A stretch of 30,526 nucleotides of DNA from Candidatus Cryosericum sp. (GTDB taxonomy: Bacteria; Caldisericota; Caldisericia; Cryosericales; Cryosericaceae). The DNA is taken from contig JBNAWM010000001.1 of the NCBI GenBank assembly GCA_049699855.1, positions 1 to 30,526 on the forward strand. Reading direction: 5' to 3'. The notes under the pieces were generated by a model. The model searched no databases. It was not told the DNA's origin and saw nothing but the letters and a program-made list of their open reading frames with translations. Of this stretch, positions 8,554 to 17,358 are shown in pieces. Made by a program: the position numbers and the translations under genes. Numbering within the stretch: position 1 is the stretch's first letter; the number at the start of each line of letters is the position of its first letter.

Positions 8554-9744
8554 CTAGCTCTTCAGGATACCCAGTTCGACGGCAGCCTCATGGAACACGT
8601 CGGCTGCAAAATCAAGTTGTTCCCTCGTGTGAGAGGAACACAGCATACAGCGAATGCGTGCAAGACCCTGCGGCACAGTTGGAAATCCTAGTGATTGTGC
8701 AAAGACGCCCTTCTCAAAAAGCCTGGCGGAAAGGTTTTTAGCCAGCTGGCTGTCTCCAATAATAATCGGGGTGATCGGGGTTTCGCTGCGCCAGGTGTCA
8801 AAGCCAAAGGCCTTCATCTTTGCTTTGAAGTATGCCGCATTCTCCCACAGCTTGTGCACCAGTTCATCGCTCTCCATGAGAATATCGACAACCTTCACAA
8901 TCGCTCCGGCGTCAGCCGGCGTCATACTCGAACTGAACAGAATCGGCCGCGACTTGTTCTTGAGGAACTCCACCAGCGTGCGTGATCCTGCTGCATAGCC
9001 ACCGACAACACCGAACGCCTTTGACAGAGTTCCCACTTCGACATCAACCTCACCTTCCAGATGAAAATGATTGACGATACCACGTCCATGGTCTCCCAAA
9101 ACACCTTCGCCATGAGCGTCATCTACCATGGTGATCGCTTGGTGCCGCTTCGCAACATCGACGATGTCGGCAAGAGGCGCAATGTCGCCATCCATGCTGA
9201 ACACGCCGTCGGTAACGACCATTTTGGTGCCTGGCACGCCGTCGTATTCCTTCATCTTCTCTTCAAGGCTTGCCACGTCGCAATGTTTGAATGGCACGAT
9301 TTTGGCTCTGCTCAGTCGGCAGCCGTCAATAATGCTGGCGTGATTCAGTTCATCACTGAAAATGACATCTCCATCGTGAACGATCGCCGGAATGGTTCCT
9401 GAGTTCGCAGTGAGGCCTCCCTGATACATCAGGACAGACTCGACATCCTTGAACTTGGCCAGCTTTTTCTCGGCCTCCACGATCAGTCGAGTATTGCCAA
9501 TGATGGTTTTGACCGCACCGGCACCAACGCCGTATTCATCGATAGCCTTCTTTGCAGCTTCTTTGACGTCCTTACGCCCAATGATGCCGAGGTAATTGTT
9601 GGCGGCCAGATTGACAACGTACTTGCCATCAATCGTGCACGCGGGCCCCTGCTCCGAGTCGAGTGTGCGAATGCGAACGCTCAACCCTTCCCTATCCAGC
9701 CGATCGAGTTCGGCCTGCATCATTTCTTGAAATCGCTCGTTCAT
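8554..9744 (-). CDS. kbl: Glycine C-acetyltransferase (2-amino-3-ketobutyrate CoA ligase)
   Basis: ANNYLG, SDELNHASIIDG, DGVFSMDGD, VDDAHG, GTLSKA (PLP Lys). Position directly after tdh favours Kbl over BioF. Confidence 0.9.
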   Translation of the reverse strand: MNERFQEMMQAELDRLDREGLSVRIRTLDSEQGPACTIDGKYVVNLAANNYLGIIGRKDVKEAAKKAIDEYGVGAGAVKTIIGNTRLIVEAEKKLAKFKDVESVLMYQGGLTANSGTIPAIVHDGDVIFSDELNHASIIDGCRLSRAKIVPFKHCDVASLEEKMKEYDGVPGTKMVVTDGVFSMDGDIAPLADIVDVAKRHQAITMVDDAHGEGVLGDHGRGIVNHFHLEGEVDVEVGTLSKAFGVVGGYAAGSRTLVEFLKNKSRPILFSSSMTPADAGAIVKVVDILMESDELVHKLWENAAYFKAKMKAFGFDTWRSETPITPIIIGDSQLAKNLSARLFEKGVFAQSLGFPTVPQGLARIRCMLCSSHTREQLDFAADVFHEAAVELGILKS

Positions 9745-9749
9745 GCGCG

Positions 9750-10799
9750 CTACCTCCCTGCGATCTGAAGGACAACCTTGCCAGAAGTCCCTGCCACCAT
9801 AGCATCCATGCCCGTCTGCCAGTCCTCAAACTTCAGCTGATGCGTGATGGCTGGCGTTGGATCAACCAGCCTTGACGCAAGCAATCGCGAAACGGTTTCC
9901 CATGTCCCAAAGATCTTTCTCCCCGTTATCCCATACATCCGGATTTCCTTGAAGATGACCTCATCGGTCAAGTCCAGCGTGACCGGGTGGTCCGGAAGGC
10001 CAAGCATGGACATGCGTCCAGCCGGCGTAAGTGCTCTCAGGCCCTGATGGATCGCCTTTTCACTGCCAGACATCTCAAGGACAACGTCCACACCAACACC
10101 ATGTGTCTGCTCTCTCACGACAGCCTCAACGTCATCGTGCAGGGGATTGAGAACGACGTCTGCTCCCATCCGCTTGGCAATGTCCAGTCGATAGTCGGAC
10201 AGGTCGCTGACAAACAGCTGGGTAGCTCCAAAAGCCTTTGCGATGCCGACGGCCAGCACTCCGATGGGACCCGCTCCCGTAATTAGAACAGTTTTCCCAG
10301 CAACCGACTCTGCATTCACCGTGTCCAGTGCGTTGCCCATGGGCTCCTGAATGGAAGCCCACGCAGCGGGAATCAATGGATCGTTCTTCCAGAGAACGCG
10401 CTCTGGAACAGCGATATACTCTGCAAAGGCCCCAGCCCGGTCCACGCCCAGTATTTGAAGGTTCTGGCAGACCTCGCTGTGCCCCGTGAGGCACTGATAA
10501 CAATGTCCACAGTAGATATGGGTCTCCGAACTGACAAAGTCCCCCTCGTTGAACGCATGTACTGCCTTGCCCATCTCGACAACGTGTCCCGAAAACTCGT
10601 GTCCCATAATGTGTGGAGTCTCGATCCGCTTCTGAGCCCACTCATTCCACACATAGATGTGAACATCCGTCCCGCAGATGGATGCGTAGTCGATCTTGAC
10701 CAGCACCTCATCATCAGCAATGGAGGGAATGTTCACCCTCGTCAGAGAGGCTCCCCGCTCAGGACGTTCCTTGACAATCGCAAGCATGGTTCCTGTCAT
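9750..10799 (-). CDS. tdh: L-threonine 3-dehydrogenase
   Basis: SICGTDVHIY.WNEWA, GHEFSG, Zn motif CGHCYQC..G..EVC, GAGPIG, GITGRK. Start moved to ATG 10799 (ATGA overlap with the thyX stop, AAAGGGGG RBS). Confidence 0.95.
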   Translation of the reverse strand: MTGTMLAIVKERPERGASLTRVNIPSIADDEVLVKIDYASICGTDVHIYVWNEWAQKRIETPHIMGHEFSGHVVEMGKAVHAFNEGDFVSSETHIYCGHCYQCLTGHSEVCQNLQILGVDRAGAFAEYIAVPERVLWKNDPLIPAAWASIQEPMGNALDTVNAESVAGKTVLITGAGPIGVLAVGIAKAFGATQLFVSDLSDYRLDIAKRMGADVVLNPLHDDVEAVVREQTHGVGVDVVLEMSGSEKAIHQGLRALTPAGRMSMLGLPDHPVTLDLTDEVIFKEIRMYGITGRKIFGTWETVSRLLASRLVDPTPAITHQLKFEDWQTGMDAMVAGTSGKVVLQIAGR

Positions 10800-11437
10800 T
10801 CCAAACCCCCTTTCTTCCCCCGATCCTTCAGAGGACACGCAAACGAATGCTCCGGGCACTCCAATCCCCGCAGGCAGACAGGGCCTGCGTTTTCAAAGAT
10901 CAGCGGTGCCACGGCCTTGGCCTTGGCCAGCATCAGCCACGCAAGGGCCCGAATCTCAAATTGTGCTCTCATACAACAGCGTAACTCGAAGAAATGCAGC
11001 AGCTCTCTGGCATTCATCGTTATGACAATGCGCGAGGTCACTCCCTGTGGAAGGACATACCGGGCATCTTCTTCGGCAACCCCCTGCGCCAGCAAACGCC
11101 GGTATTCTTCGTAGGCGGCCGTATAGAAGTCCCCAAAGTCGCATCCTGGAGGAGAAAAGAACGTCGTCGGCCCTGCTTTCGTAAACCGCAGACTCTGTTG
11201 CGAAAAGGAAGCCAGCCGATGACGTACAAGCTGATGAGAAGCTACCCGTGACAATCCCTCGACAAGAAAGGTGAAACTGGCGTGCTCGAGGACCGACAAG
11301 TGCCCATTGGCCATCACCTTGTGCAAAATAGATGCGCTCCGGTCAGCCCTGAATGGCTCGGTGCTGTAGCAGATATGTGCCGCATAGGAACAAAGCATAT
11401 CTGGATCAGGGGTGAAGGCCAGAAGCTCTACTCTCAT
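10796..11437 (-). CDS. thyX: Flavin-dependent thymidylate synthase
   Basis: GHLSVLEH, SRVASHQLVRHRLASFSQQSLR (ThyX motif), EDARYVLP, MNARELLHFFELR, AQFEIR. Confidence 0.96.
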   Translation of the reverse strand: MRVELLAFTPDPDMLCSYAAHICYSTEPFRADRSASILHKVMANGHLSVLEHASFTFLVEGLSRVASHQLVRHRLASFSQQSLRFTKAGPTTFFSPPGCDFGDFYTAAYEEYRRLLAQGVAEEDARYVLPQGVTSRIVITMNARELLHFFELRCCMRAQFEIRALAWLMLAKAKAVAPLIFENAGPVCLRGLECPEHSFACPLKDRGKKGGLE

Positions 11438-12225
11438 GAGCCGATCAGGAAGTCAAGAGGATGCTCGGCGTTATCCACAGCATCCGGCAGAAGAGCGATG
11501 GCCGGGAGAGACTGCTTGAGCACTTCAATCAACGACACAGATGCAGCGCTCATCGCATCAAGCACCTCCTGGTGGGTCAGCAGTGACGGGCTGATGCCTG
11601 CAGCATAGTTGGTAATGATGGCGATGGTCTGGTATTCGAGGCCTGCCTCGCGTGCAAGTGTGACCTCTGGTACACCCGTCATGCCCACGACCGATCCCCC
11701 CATAGCTCCATACATCCGCACTTCCTGAGGAGATTCAAAACGTGGACCCTCAGCCCCCACATACACCTCCCCCGTATGAACGACCAGCCCAAGGCTGGCC
11801 ATTACCGACGACAGGACAGTCGTAATACTGGCGCTGTACGGGTGCGTCATATCGGTGTGAACAACCTTGCCTACCTCAAAGAAGGTCTGGGCGCGAGCCT
11901 TTGTGAAGTCCAGAAATCCTTCCATCAGCGCATAGGACCCAGGACGCAGTGATTCCTTGAGCGAGCCGACCGCACTGGTCGTCACGACACTTTTGACACC
12001 AAGCATGTACAGCGCCATGATGTTCGCTCGGTAGTTGATCAAGTGCGGGGGCACAACATGCCCTTCGCCGTGCCGTTTCAGGCTGATGACCTCCGTATCA
12101 CCGAGGAACCCGCGAGAATACTCAACTTCACCGAAGGGAGTCTTGATGATGGAACGTCTTGCATCAGAAAGAAGCTGGACGCTATCGACACCCGTGCCAA
12201 CAATGAGACCGACCGGTCTGGACAT
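11434..12225 (-). CDS. mtnP: MTAP-family purine nucleoside phosphorylase, probably 6-oxopurine / methylthioinosine specific
   Basis: RHG..H.VPPH.INYRAN, SAVGSL, EGPRFES, VGMTGVPE. The base-specificity loop reads TNYAAG rather than TDYD. Confidence 0.85.
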   Translation of the reverse strand: MSRPVGLIVGTGVDSVQLLSDARRSIIKTPFGEVEYSRGFLGDTEVISLKRHGEGHVVPPHLINYRANIMALYMLGVKSVVTTSAVGSLKESLRPGSYALMEGFLDFTKARAQTFFEVGKVVHTDMTHPYSASITTVLSSVMASLGLVVHTGEVYVGAEGPRFESPQEVRMYGAMGGSVVGMTGVPEVTLAREAGLEYQTIAIITNYAAGISPSLLTHQEVLDAMSAASVSLIEVLKQSLPAIALLPDAVDNAEHPLDFLIGS

Positions 12226-12263
12226 GACTGCTCCTCACGGACAAGTTATTTGTTACCTATCAG

Positions 12264-12291
12264 ATTGTAGTTCCAAGACAGGTGATGTCAA
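12264..12291 (-). promoter_or_regulatory. Sigma70-type promoter of the mtnP-thyX-tdh-kbl-glmU-prs operon
   Basis: TTGACA (12291-12286), 16 nt, TACAAT (12269-12264). Divergent from the tRNA promoter. Confidence 0.75.
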
Positions 12292-12332
12292 CCCACAACG
12301 AGCGTTTGAGGGGCCTTGCTCAGCAGTGCACT

Positions 12333-12360
12333 TTGACTCGCAGGGCAAATCTCGTATAAT
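12333..12360 (+). promoter_or_regulatory. Sigma70-type promoter of tRNA-Ala
   Basis: TTGACT (12333-12338), 16 nt, TATAAT (12355-12360), 12 nt before the mature tRNA. Confidence 0.8.
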
Positions 12361-12372
12361 CTCATCATGGAT

Positions 12373-12448
12373 GGGGCCGTGGCTCAGCTGGGAGAGCGCA
12401 TCCCTCGCACGGATGAGGTCAGGGGTTCGAATCCCCTCGGCTCCACCA
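12373..12448 (+). tRNA. tRNA-Ala (anticodon CGC)
   Basis: 76-nt cloverleaf. Acceptor stem GGGGCCG/CGGCTCC with the G3:U70 Ala identity pair, anticodon arm CATCC-CTCGCAC-GGATG, T-arm AGGGG-TTCGAAT-CCCCT, encoded ACCA end. Confidence 0.97.
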
Positions 12449-12518
12449 CTTGATCGTTTTCCCAGCTCCGGAAGCCCTGTGGGCGGCGAGGCACATCTAT
12501 ACCGCGCCAGAGAACCTC

Positions 12519-14540
12519 CTACTGCTGCTTGATCGATATGACGGAGGTCAACGCCCCCAGCGACTCCATAATCTGACGATAGGAATTCTCGTCTGAAAAC
12601 TCCGCCACTATCTTGATCTGCGTTCTTCCTGCATCGACTTTCTTCCGGAACATGGAAAGGTGATCGGCGCTCCGCATGTACTTGATGTTGATATCCCGTT
12701 TGGCAAATTCCTCAGAAACTTCATAGAGCACGCCCGGGACATTCAATGTCTCGATCACAATCGTCCGCTCGCGCACCTTTCTTGGAATTGCCTCCCAGTG
12801 AGCTTCCACCAGACGCTCCGGCTCCAGGGCCAGCGAAGGAATGTTCACACAATCAGCTCTGTGGATGGTAATACCTCTCCCGCGGGTGACATACCCCAGG
12901 ATCTCATCAGGATACGCTGGATTGCAGCACGCAGCCATGATCAGCGGCAGCGTTGCGTCACCGCGGACCACAACACGGAATCCGCTGTCGCCTGTGGCAC
13001 GATGAACAGCAGGCGCCCGAGGCGCCGCCGGGCGCGGCCGTTCTTCCACCTCGCGTTTTTCGGTTGTCTCGCGCTCCAGTTCCTTTTTGCGCAGGTAGGC
13101 ACGAATGTGCCCTTTGGTGGAAGCCGCCCTGACGAACTTCAGCCAATCCGCCTTTGGGCCTCCCGAGTTACGCGACGTTATGATCTGGACACGGTCGCCG
13201 GTGACGAGTTCTGTGTCAATGGGTACGATGCGATCGTTCACCTTCGCTCCAACAAGATTGTTGCCCACATCGGTATGAATGTGATACGCGAAGTCCACTG
13301 GCGTAGAGCCGACCGGCAAGTTGATAACATCTCCCTTTGGGGTAAACACCAGAACTTCGTCCGAGAAAACATCCACCTTCACACGGTCAACAAACTCGAC
13401 GCTGCTACGTACGTCCTTCTGCCAGTCGACCATCTGCCGCAGCCATGCGAATCGCTCTGAATCCACAAGGTCGGCCGCCTTTCCCTCCTTGTATTTCCAG
13501 TGCGCGGCAACGCCCATCTCATCAACCTCGTGCATCCGCTTTGTCCGAATCTGGATTTCAAGAGGTTCGCCATTCGAGCCTATGACCGTAGTGTGCAGGG
13601 ACTGATATCCATTCGGTTTCGGAAGTGCAATGTAGTCTTTCACACGGCCGGGGACCACGGTGAAAGCCTCATGGACATACCCCAGAACCAGATAGCACTC
13701 GGGAATTGTGCCTACAAGAATCCGAACCGCAGTCAAGTCATAGATCTCATCAAATGTTTTGCCCTGCTGTACCATTTTGCGGTAGATGCTGTACAGGTTC
13801 TTGGGCCTGCCCGACACCTGAGCGTGGATCCCTTTCTCTTCAAGAAAACTTCCTATCTGCGCAATCGTCTTCTCGACAAGAGCTTCTCGTTCAGCTCTCT
13901 TGGCGGCGACCAATCCTGCAAGTCTCTTGTATTCATCTGGACTCAGGTAGCGAAATGCGAGATCTTCCATCTCCCACTTCAGCTCGTAAATGCCGAGGCG
14001 GTGCGCCAGGGGTACGTAGATCTCCATGGTTTCCTGGGCAATCCGTTGCTGTTTGTCTGCACTCAGGTACTGAAGCGTGCGCATGTTGTGGAGCCTGTCC
14101 GCCAGCTTGATGAATACGACGCGAAGGTCGGCCGCCATGGCAAGCAGGATCTTGCGAACGTTTTCCAGGTTGTTTTCCTCGCGAGACAGGTAGTTCAGGC
14201 CGCGCAGTTTTGTGACCCCCTCGACCAGGGCCGCAACCTTTGTGCCAAAACCCTCTTCAAGTTCCCGGCCCGTGGTCGCCGTATCCTCAAGGACGTCGTG
14301 AAGAAGACAAGCGGCATATGTTTCAGCATCGAGGCGGTAGTCTGCAAGGATCAATGCTGCCTCGACGGGATGTAGCATATAAGGAGCGCCAGAGGCACGT
14401 TTCTGATCACCATGCCTCTGGCGCGCAAACACGAACGCTCGTTCAACAAGGGCGGTCTCCTCTGGAGACAGCCAGCCCTGAAGCGTCGCTATGAGATTCT
14501 GGTACTCTGTATCAACGTCAAATGCTGTATCGAGCTTCAA
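12519..14540 (-). CDS. rel: Bifunctional (p)ppGpp synthetase/hydrolase Rel (long RSH)
   Basis: Intact HD motif (LLHDVLEDT), KLADRLHNMRT, RxKD synthetase (GRVKDYI), NGYQSLHT, EIQIRT, TGS, ZFD (ACCNP..IHRADC) and ACT-like tail. TTG start overlaps the apt stop. Confidence 0.96.
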   Translation of the reverse strand: MKLDTAFDVDTEYQNLIATLQGWLSPEETALVERAFVFARQRHGDQKRASGAPYMLHPVEAALILADYRLDAETYAACLLHDVLEDTATTGRELEEGFGTKVAALVEGVTKLRGLNYLSREENNLENVRKILLAMAADLRVVFIKLADRLHNMRTLQYLSADKQQRIAQETMEIYVPLAHRLGIYELKWEMEDLAFRYLSPDEYKRLAGLVAAKRAEREALVEKTIAQIGSFLEEKGIHAQVSGRPKNLYSIYRKMVQQGKTFDEIYDLTAVRILVGTIPECYLVLGYVHEAFTVVPGRVKDYIALPKPNGYQSLHTTVIGSNGEPLEIQIRTKRMHEVDEMGVAAHWKYKEGKAADLVDSERFAWLRQMVDWQKDVRSSVEFVDRVKVDVFSDEVLVFTPKGDVINLPVGSTPVDFAYHIHTDVGNNLVGAKVNDRIVPIDTELVTGDRVQIITSRNSGGPKADWLKFVRAASTKGHIRAYLRKKELERETTEKREVEERPRPAAPRAPAVHRATGDSGFRVVVRGDATLPLIMAACCNPAYPDEILGYVTRGRGITIHRADCVNIPSLALEPERLVEAHWEAIPRKVRERTIVIETLNVPGVLYEVSEEFAKRDINIKYMRSADHLSMFRKKVDAGRTQIKIVAEFSDENSYRQIMESLGALTSVISIKQQ

Positions 14541-15049
14541 AGTTCAAGCAGCGAGACGACCCTTCCACCACTCAGCTTGCTGGCTCCACCAAGGTCCTTG
14601 AGCGTCACAAGAAAAGCATAGGCGATGATATCCCCGCCCAGCGAGCGAACCAGGTCCGCAGTGGCGCCAACCGTACCGCCCGTCGCCAACAGGTCATCAA
14701 CTATCAAAACGCGTTCGCCCGGTTGAATGGCGTCTTCGTGCATCTCGAGAATCGAGACACCATATTCAAGTTCGTATTCCTTCCGCACCGACTTGTAGGG
14801 CAGTTTTCCCGGCTTGCGCGCAGGTACAAAACCAACATGCAGGGCGTAGGCCAAAGCAGCTCCAATGATGAAGCCACGTGCCTCCACAGCAACAATCTTG
14901 TCGATGCTGTCGCCTCTGAACTCCTTTGCCAGCTCGTCAACTGCAGTACCGAACGCGTCGGGATTGCCCATCAGCGGCGTAAGATCTCTGAAGATAATGC
15001 CTTTCTGAGGAAAGTCGGGTATGTCACGGATGAAATCCCTGAGATTCAT
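14537..15049 (-). CDS. apt: Adenine phosphoribosyltransferase
   Basis: IRDIPDFPQKGIIFRD, EARGF, RKPGKLP, YELEYG, VDDLLATGGT. AGGAGG RBS. Confidence 0.97.
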   Translation of the reverse strand: MNLRDFIRDIPDFPQKGIIFRDLTPLMGNPDAFGTAVDELAKEFRGDSIDKIVAVEARGFIIGAALAYALHVGFVPARKPGKLPYKSVRKEYELEYGVSILEMHEDAIQPGERVLIVDDLLATGGTVGATADLVRSLGGDIIAYAFLVTLKDLGGASKLSGGRVVSLLEL

Positions 15050-15094
15050 TTTGCCTCCTGCGATGTCCTGTCCGTCCCAACGTCTTGCAGTCTG

Positions 15095-16024
15095 CTAGGC
15101 TTTCTGCAGAGCTGCGGCCTTCTCCCTGCCCTTGACCCAGAGAACGAGCAGAGGCGTGGAGATGTAGATCGAAGAATAGGTTCCAGAAATAATACCAACC
15201 AACAACGTTGTCGAGAAGTCCCGAATTGGCGATCCGCCCATGATAAACAGAATCAGCACCGCGAGGAACGTCGTGAAGGACGTGTTGAACGACCGCATCC
15301 ACGTCTCGGTCACCGCAGCATTGGCCAGTTTGTCAAAGGGTTCTTTGGGCCCACGATAGCGGAGTTTTTCGCGGATACGATCCATCACCACCACACCGTC
15401 CTGGACCGAATACGTCACAATAGCCAGGAAAGCTCCGACAAAGGGCGCGTTGAGTGGAACTCGGAAAAGCGCGAGAATGCCCAATGCAACAAGAATGTCG
15501 TGCACCATTCCAAGGATCGTGGCGAGGCCGAACGAGAACTTGAACCGAACAGAAATGTACAGCAGCGTGAAGAGCAACGCCAGCCCCAGCGCAAGCGCGG
15601 AACGACGCAGCAGGTCGCGTCCAATAACTGGCGCAATGGACGTAATCTCCTTTGTGCCGACGTCAACGGCGCCATACTTGGCGACGATCGCGTCAATAAT
15701 CTTTCCACTCACAGCCGGATCTATCTCGTTCACTTCGAGCTTCATCGTAATGCCATTTGTTCCAGTCCGCTGGACCGTCACGTTGCTGTAGCCATTGGCT
15801 GCCAGAATGTCACGCACGACCGTCTCGTCGGGAGCCTTGGCGAATGAGGCATTGATGACTGTTCCACCAATGAAGTCAATGCCAAGCTTTAGCGGCGAGC
15901 CGAAGCTGAAAGTGTTCACCACCATAGCTGCGATACCGATGATGATGATCACCGACGACAGTGTGAACCAAGTGCGCGTTTTGCCAACAATGTCCCAGGT
16001 CAGGACTCTCTCTCTAAATGTCAT
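15095..16024 (-). CDS. secF: Protein translocase subunit SecF
   Basis: LGIDFIGG, YISVRF, HDI, YSVQDGVVVMDRIRE, RSFNTS, GTYSSIYI and hydrophobic helices. Confidence 0.95.
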   Translation of the reverse strand: MTFRERVLTWDIVGKTRTWFTLSSVIIIIGIAAMVVNTFSFGSPLKLGIDFIGGTVINASFAKAPDETVVRDILAANGYSNVTVQRTGTNGITMKLEVNEIDPAVSGKIIDAIVAKYGAVDVGTKEITSIAPVIGRDLLRRSALALGLALLFTLLYISVRFKFSFGLATILGMVHDILVALGILALFRVPLNAPFVGAFLAIVTYSVQDGVVVMDRIREKLRYRGPKEPFDKLANAAVTETWMRSFNTSFTTFLAVLILFIMGGSPIRDFSTTLLVGIISGTYSSIYISTPLLVLWVKGREKAAALQKA

Positions 16025-16035
16025 GGCAGCACCGC

Positions 16036-17274
16036 CTAACCAAGGAATTTCCTGCTGTTCCTGGCAATGGCAGGAGTCAGCAGAAGATCAACCAGCGTAT
16101 GACTGGCAAACACAGCCGTAAACATGCTCGCAAGGACACCGAGAGCCAGCGTCACGGCAAATCCGCGGACAGTACCAGTCCCAAAGTAGAATAGGAACGC
16201 AGTACCCACAAGTACGGTCAAGTTGGAATCGAAAACAGCATGGAAAGCCTTTGCAAAGCCTGCTCCAATGGCTCCCTTGACAGTCTTCTTCAGCGCTAGT
16301 TCTTCGCGGATCCGCTCGAAAATAATGCAGTTGGCATCAACAGCCATGCCAATCGAGAGAATTGCTCCACCAATTGCAGGCAGCGAAAGCGTCGCATGCA
16401 GCACCAAGTATGCCGCCATGACTATGTCAGCATAGACGATGAGAGCAATACCAGAGACAATTCCTAGATACCGATACGAGAAGAACATCCACAGAACGAC
16501 GAGGAGAAATGCCAGCAGTGCAGCCAGTACGCTGCTATGCTTGAACGCTTCGCCCAGCGAAGGACCAACGACTTCTTCGGAGATGGCAACCAGCTTCACG
16601 GGGAGTGCCCCGCTCTTCAGCAGGAGAGCGTAATTGCTGGCCTCCTGTGCAGTAAATCCACCAGTGATGACGCCGGCGCCATCCGTGATAGCCGACTCGA
16701 CCGTCGGGCTCATGAGGAGCTGGCCGTCCAAGTAGATCGAGATTTTCTTGCCAATGTTCGCTTGCGTAGCGGTCGCAAAGGCGGCCTTGCCAGCAGCGTT
16801 CAGCGTAAAGGAAATCTCAGGCTGTCCGAGCGTATCCTGAGCCTGACTGAAGACCAGTTTGGCATCAACCAGGTCCTTGCCGCTCACAACGACTTTGCCG
16901 TCCTCTGTCTTGAACTCGAGCAGCGCTGTCTTTCCTATGATTTCCTTGGCACGCTCGGGATCCTGCCATCCCGGCAGCTCCACCAGAATTCTATTGGATG
17001 TGGAGCCCTCGCGCACGGCTACGGCCTCACTGACGCCCAGAGCGTTGATGCGCTTGTCGATAACACCGACAGCAGCGTTAATAGCGTCGCTCGTCGCCTT
17101 TGCAGATGCAGTGTCCTGTGCTTCAAGCACAATCCGCACGCCACCGCTGAGGTCAAGACCAAACTTGGGAGCCAGTTTTGGGTTCTTGGCGATCAGTCCC
17201 TCGTAGTTGATGACTCCCGCTACAATTGCCACAATAATGACGAGAATAAGACTTGTTGTTACCTTCGACCGCAT
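16036..17274 (-). CDS. secD: Protein translocase subunit SecD
   Basis: GLDLSGG, RINALGVSE, RILVELPG, SGALP, VGPSLG, IGMAVDAN.IIFERIREE, DSNLT, RGFAVTL. Start moved to ATG 17274 (AGGAGG RBS). Confidence 0.96.
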   Translation of the reverse strand: MRSKVTTSLILVIIVAIVAGVINYEGLIAKNPKLAPKFGLDLSGGVRIVLEAQDTASAKATSDAINAAVGVIDKRINALGVSEAVAVREGSTSNRILVELPGWQDPERAKEIIGKTALLEFKTEDGKVVVSGKDLVDAKLVFSQAQDTLGQPEISFTLNAAGKAAFATATQANIGKKISIYLDGQLLMSPTVESAITDGAGVITGGFTAQEASNYALLLKSGALPVKLVAISEEVVGPSLGEAFKHSSVLAALLAFLLVVLWMFFSYRYLGIVSGIALIVYADIVMAAYLVLHATLSLPAIGGAILSIGMAVDANCIIFERIREELALKKTVKGAIGAGFAKAFHAVFDSNLTVLVGTAFLFYFGTGTVRGFAVTLALGVLASMFTAVFASHTLVDLLLTPAIARNSRKFLG

Positions 17275-17305
17275 TATGGTTCCTCCTGGTTTCGACAACA
17301 CATCA

Positions 17306-17334
17306 ACTGTACATCAAATCGGGCTCAGTGTCAA
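17306..17334 (-). promoter_or_regulatory. Internal sigma70-type promoter for secD-secF-apt-rel
   Basis: TTGACA (17334-17329), 17 nt, TACAGT (17311-17306). Confidence 0.6.
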
Positions 17335-17358
17335 TGCAGGAGCGCAAGCATGGAGCAT

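Noticed and set aside
12439..14591. GGCTCCACCA (tRNA 3' end) recurring at 14582-14591 as a possible attL/attR pair
   Set aside because: Only 10 nt, inside apt coding sequence, flanking the core gene rel, with no integrase. Consistent with chance.
14522..15847. 441-aa plus-strand ORF spanning apt and secF
   Set aside because: It is in exact codon register with apt and secF, which share a frame, so it is a mirror ORF caused by scarcity of TTA/CTA/TCA codons. No RBS or recognisable motifs.
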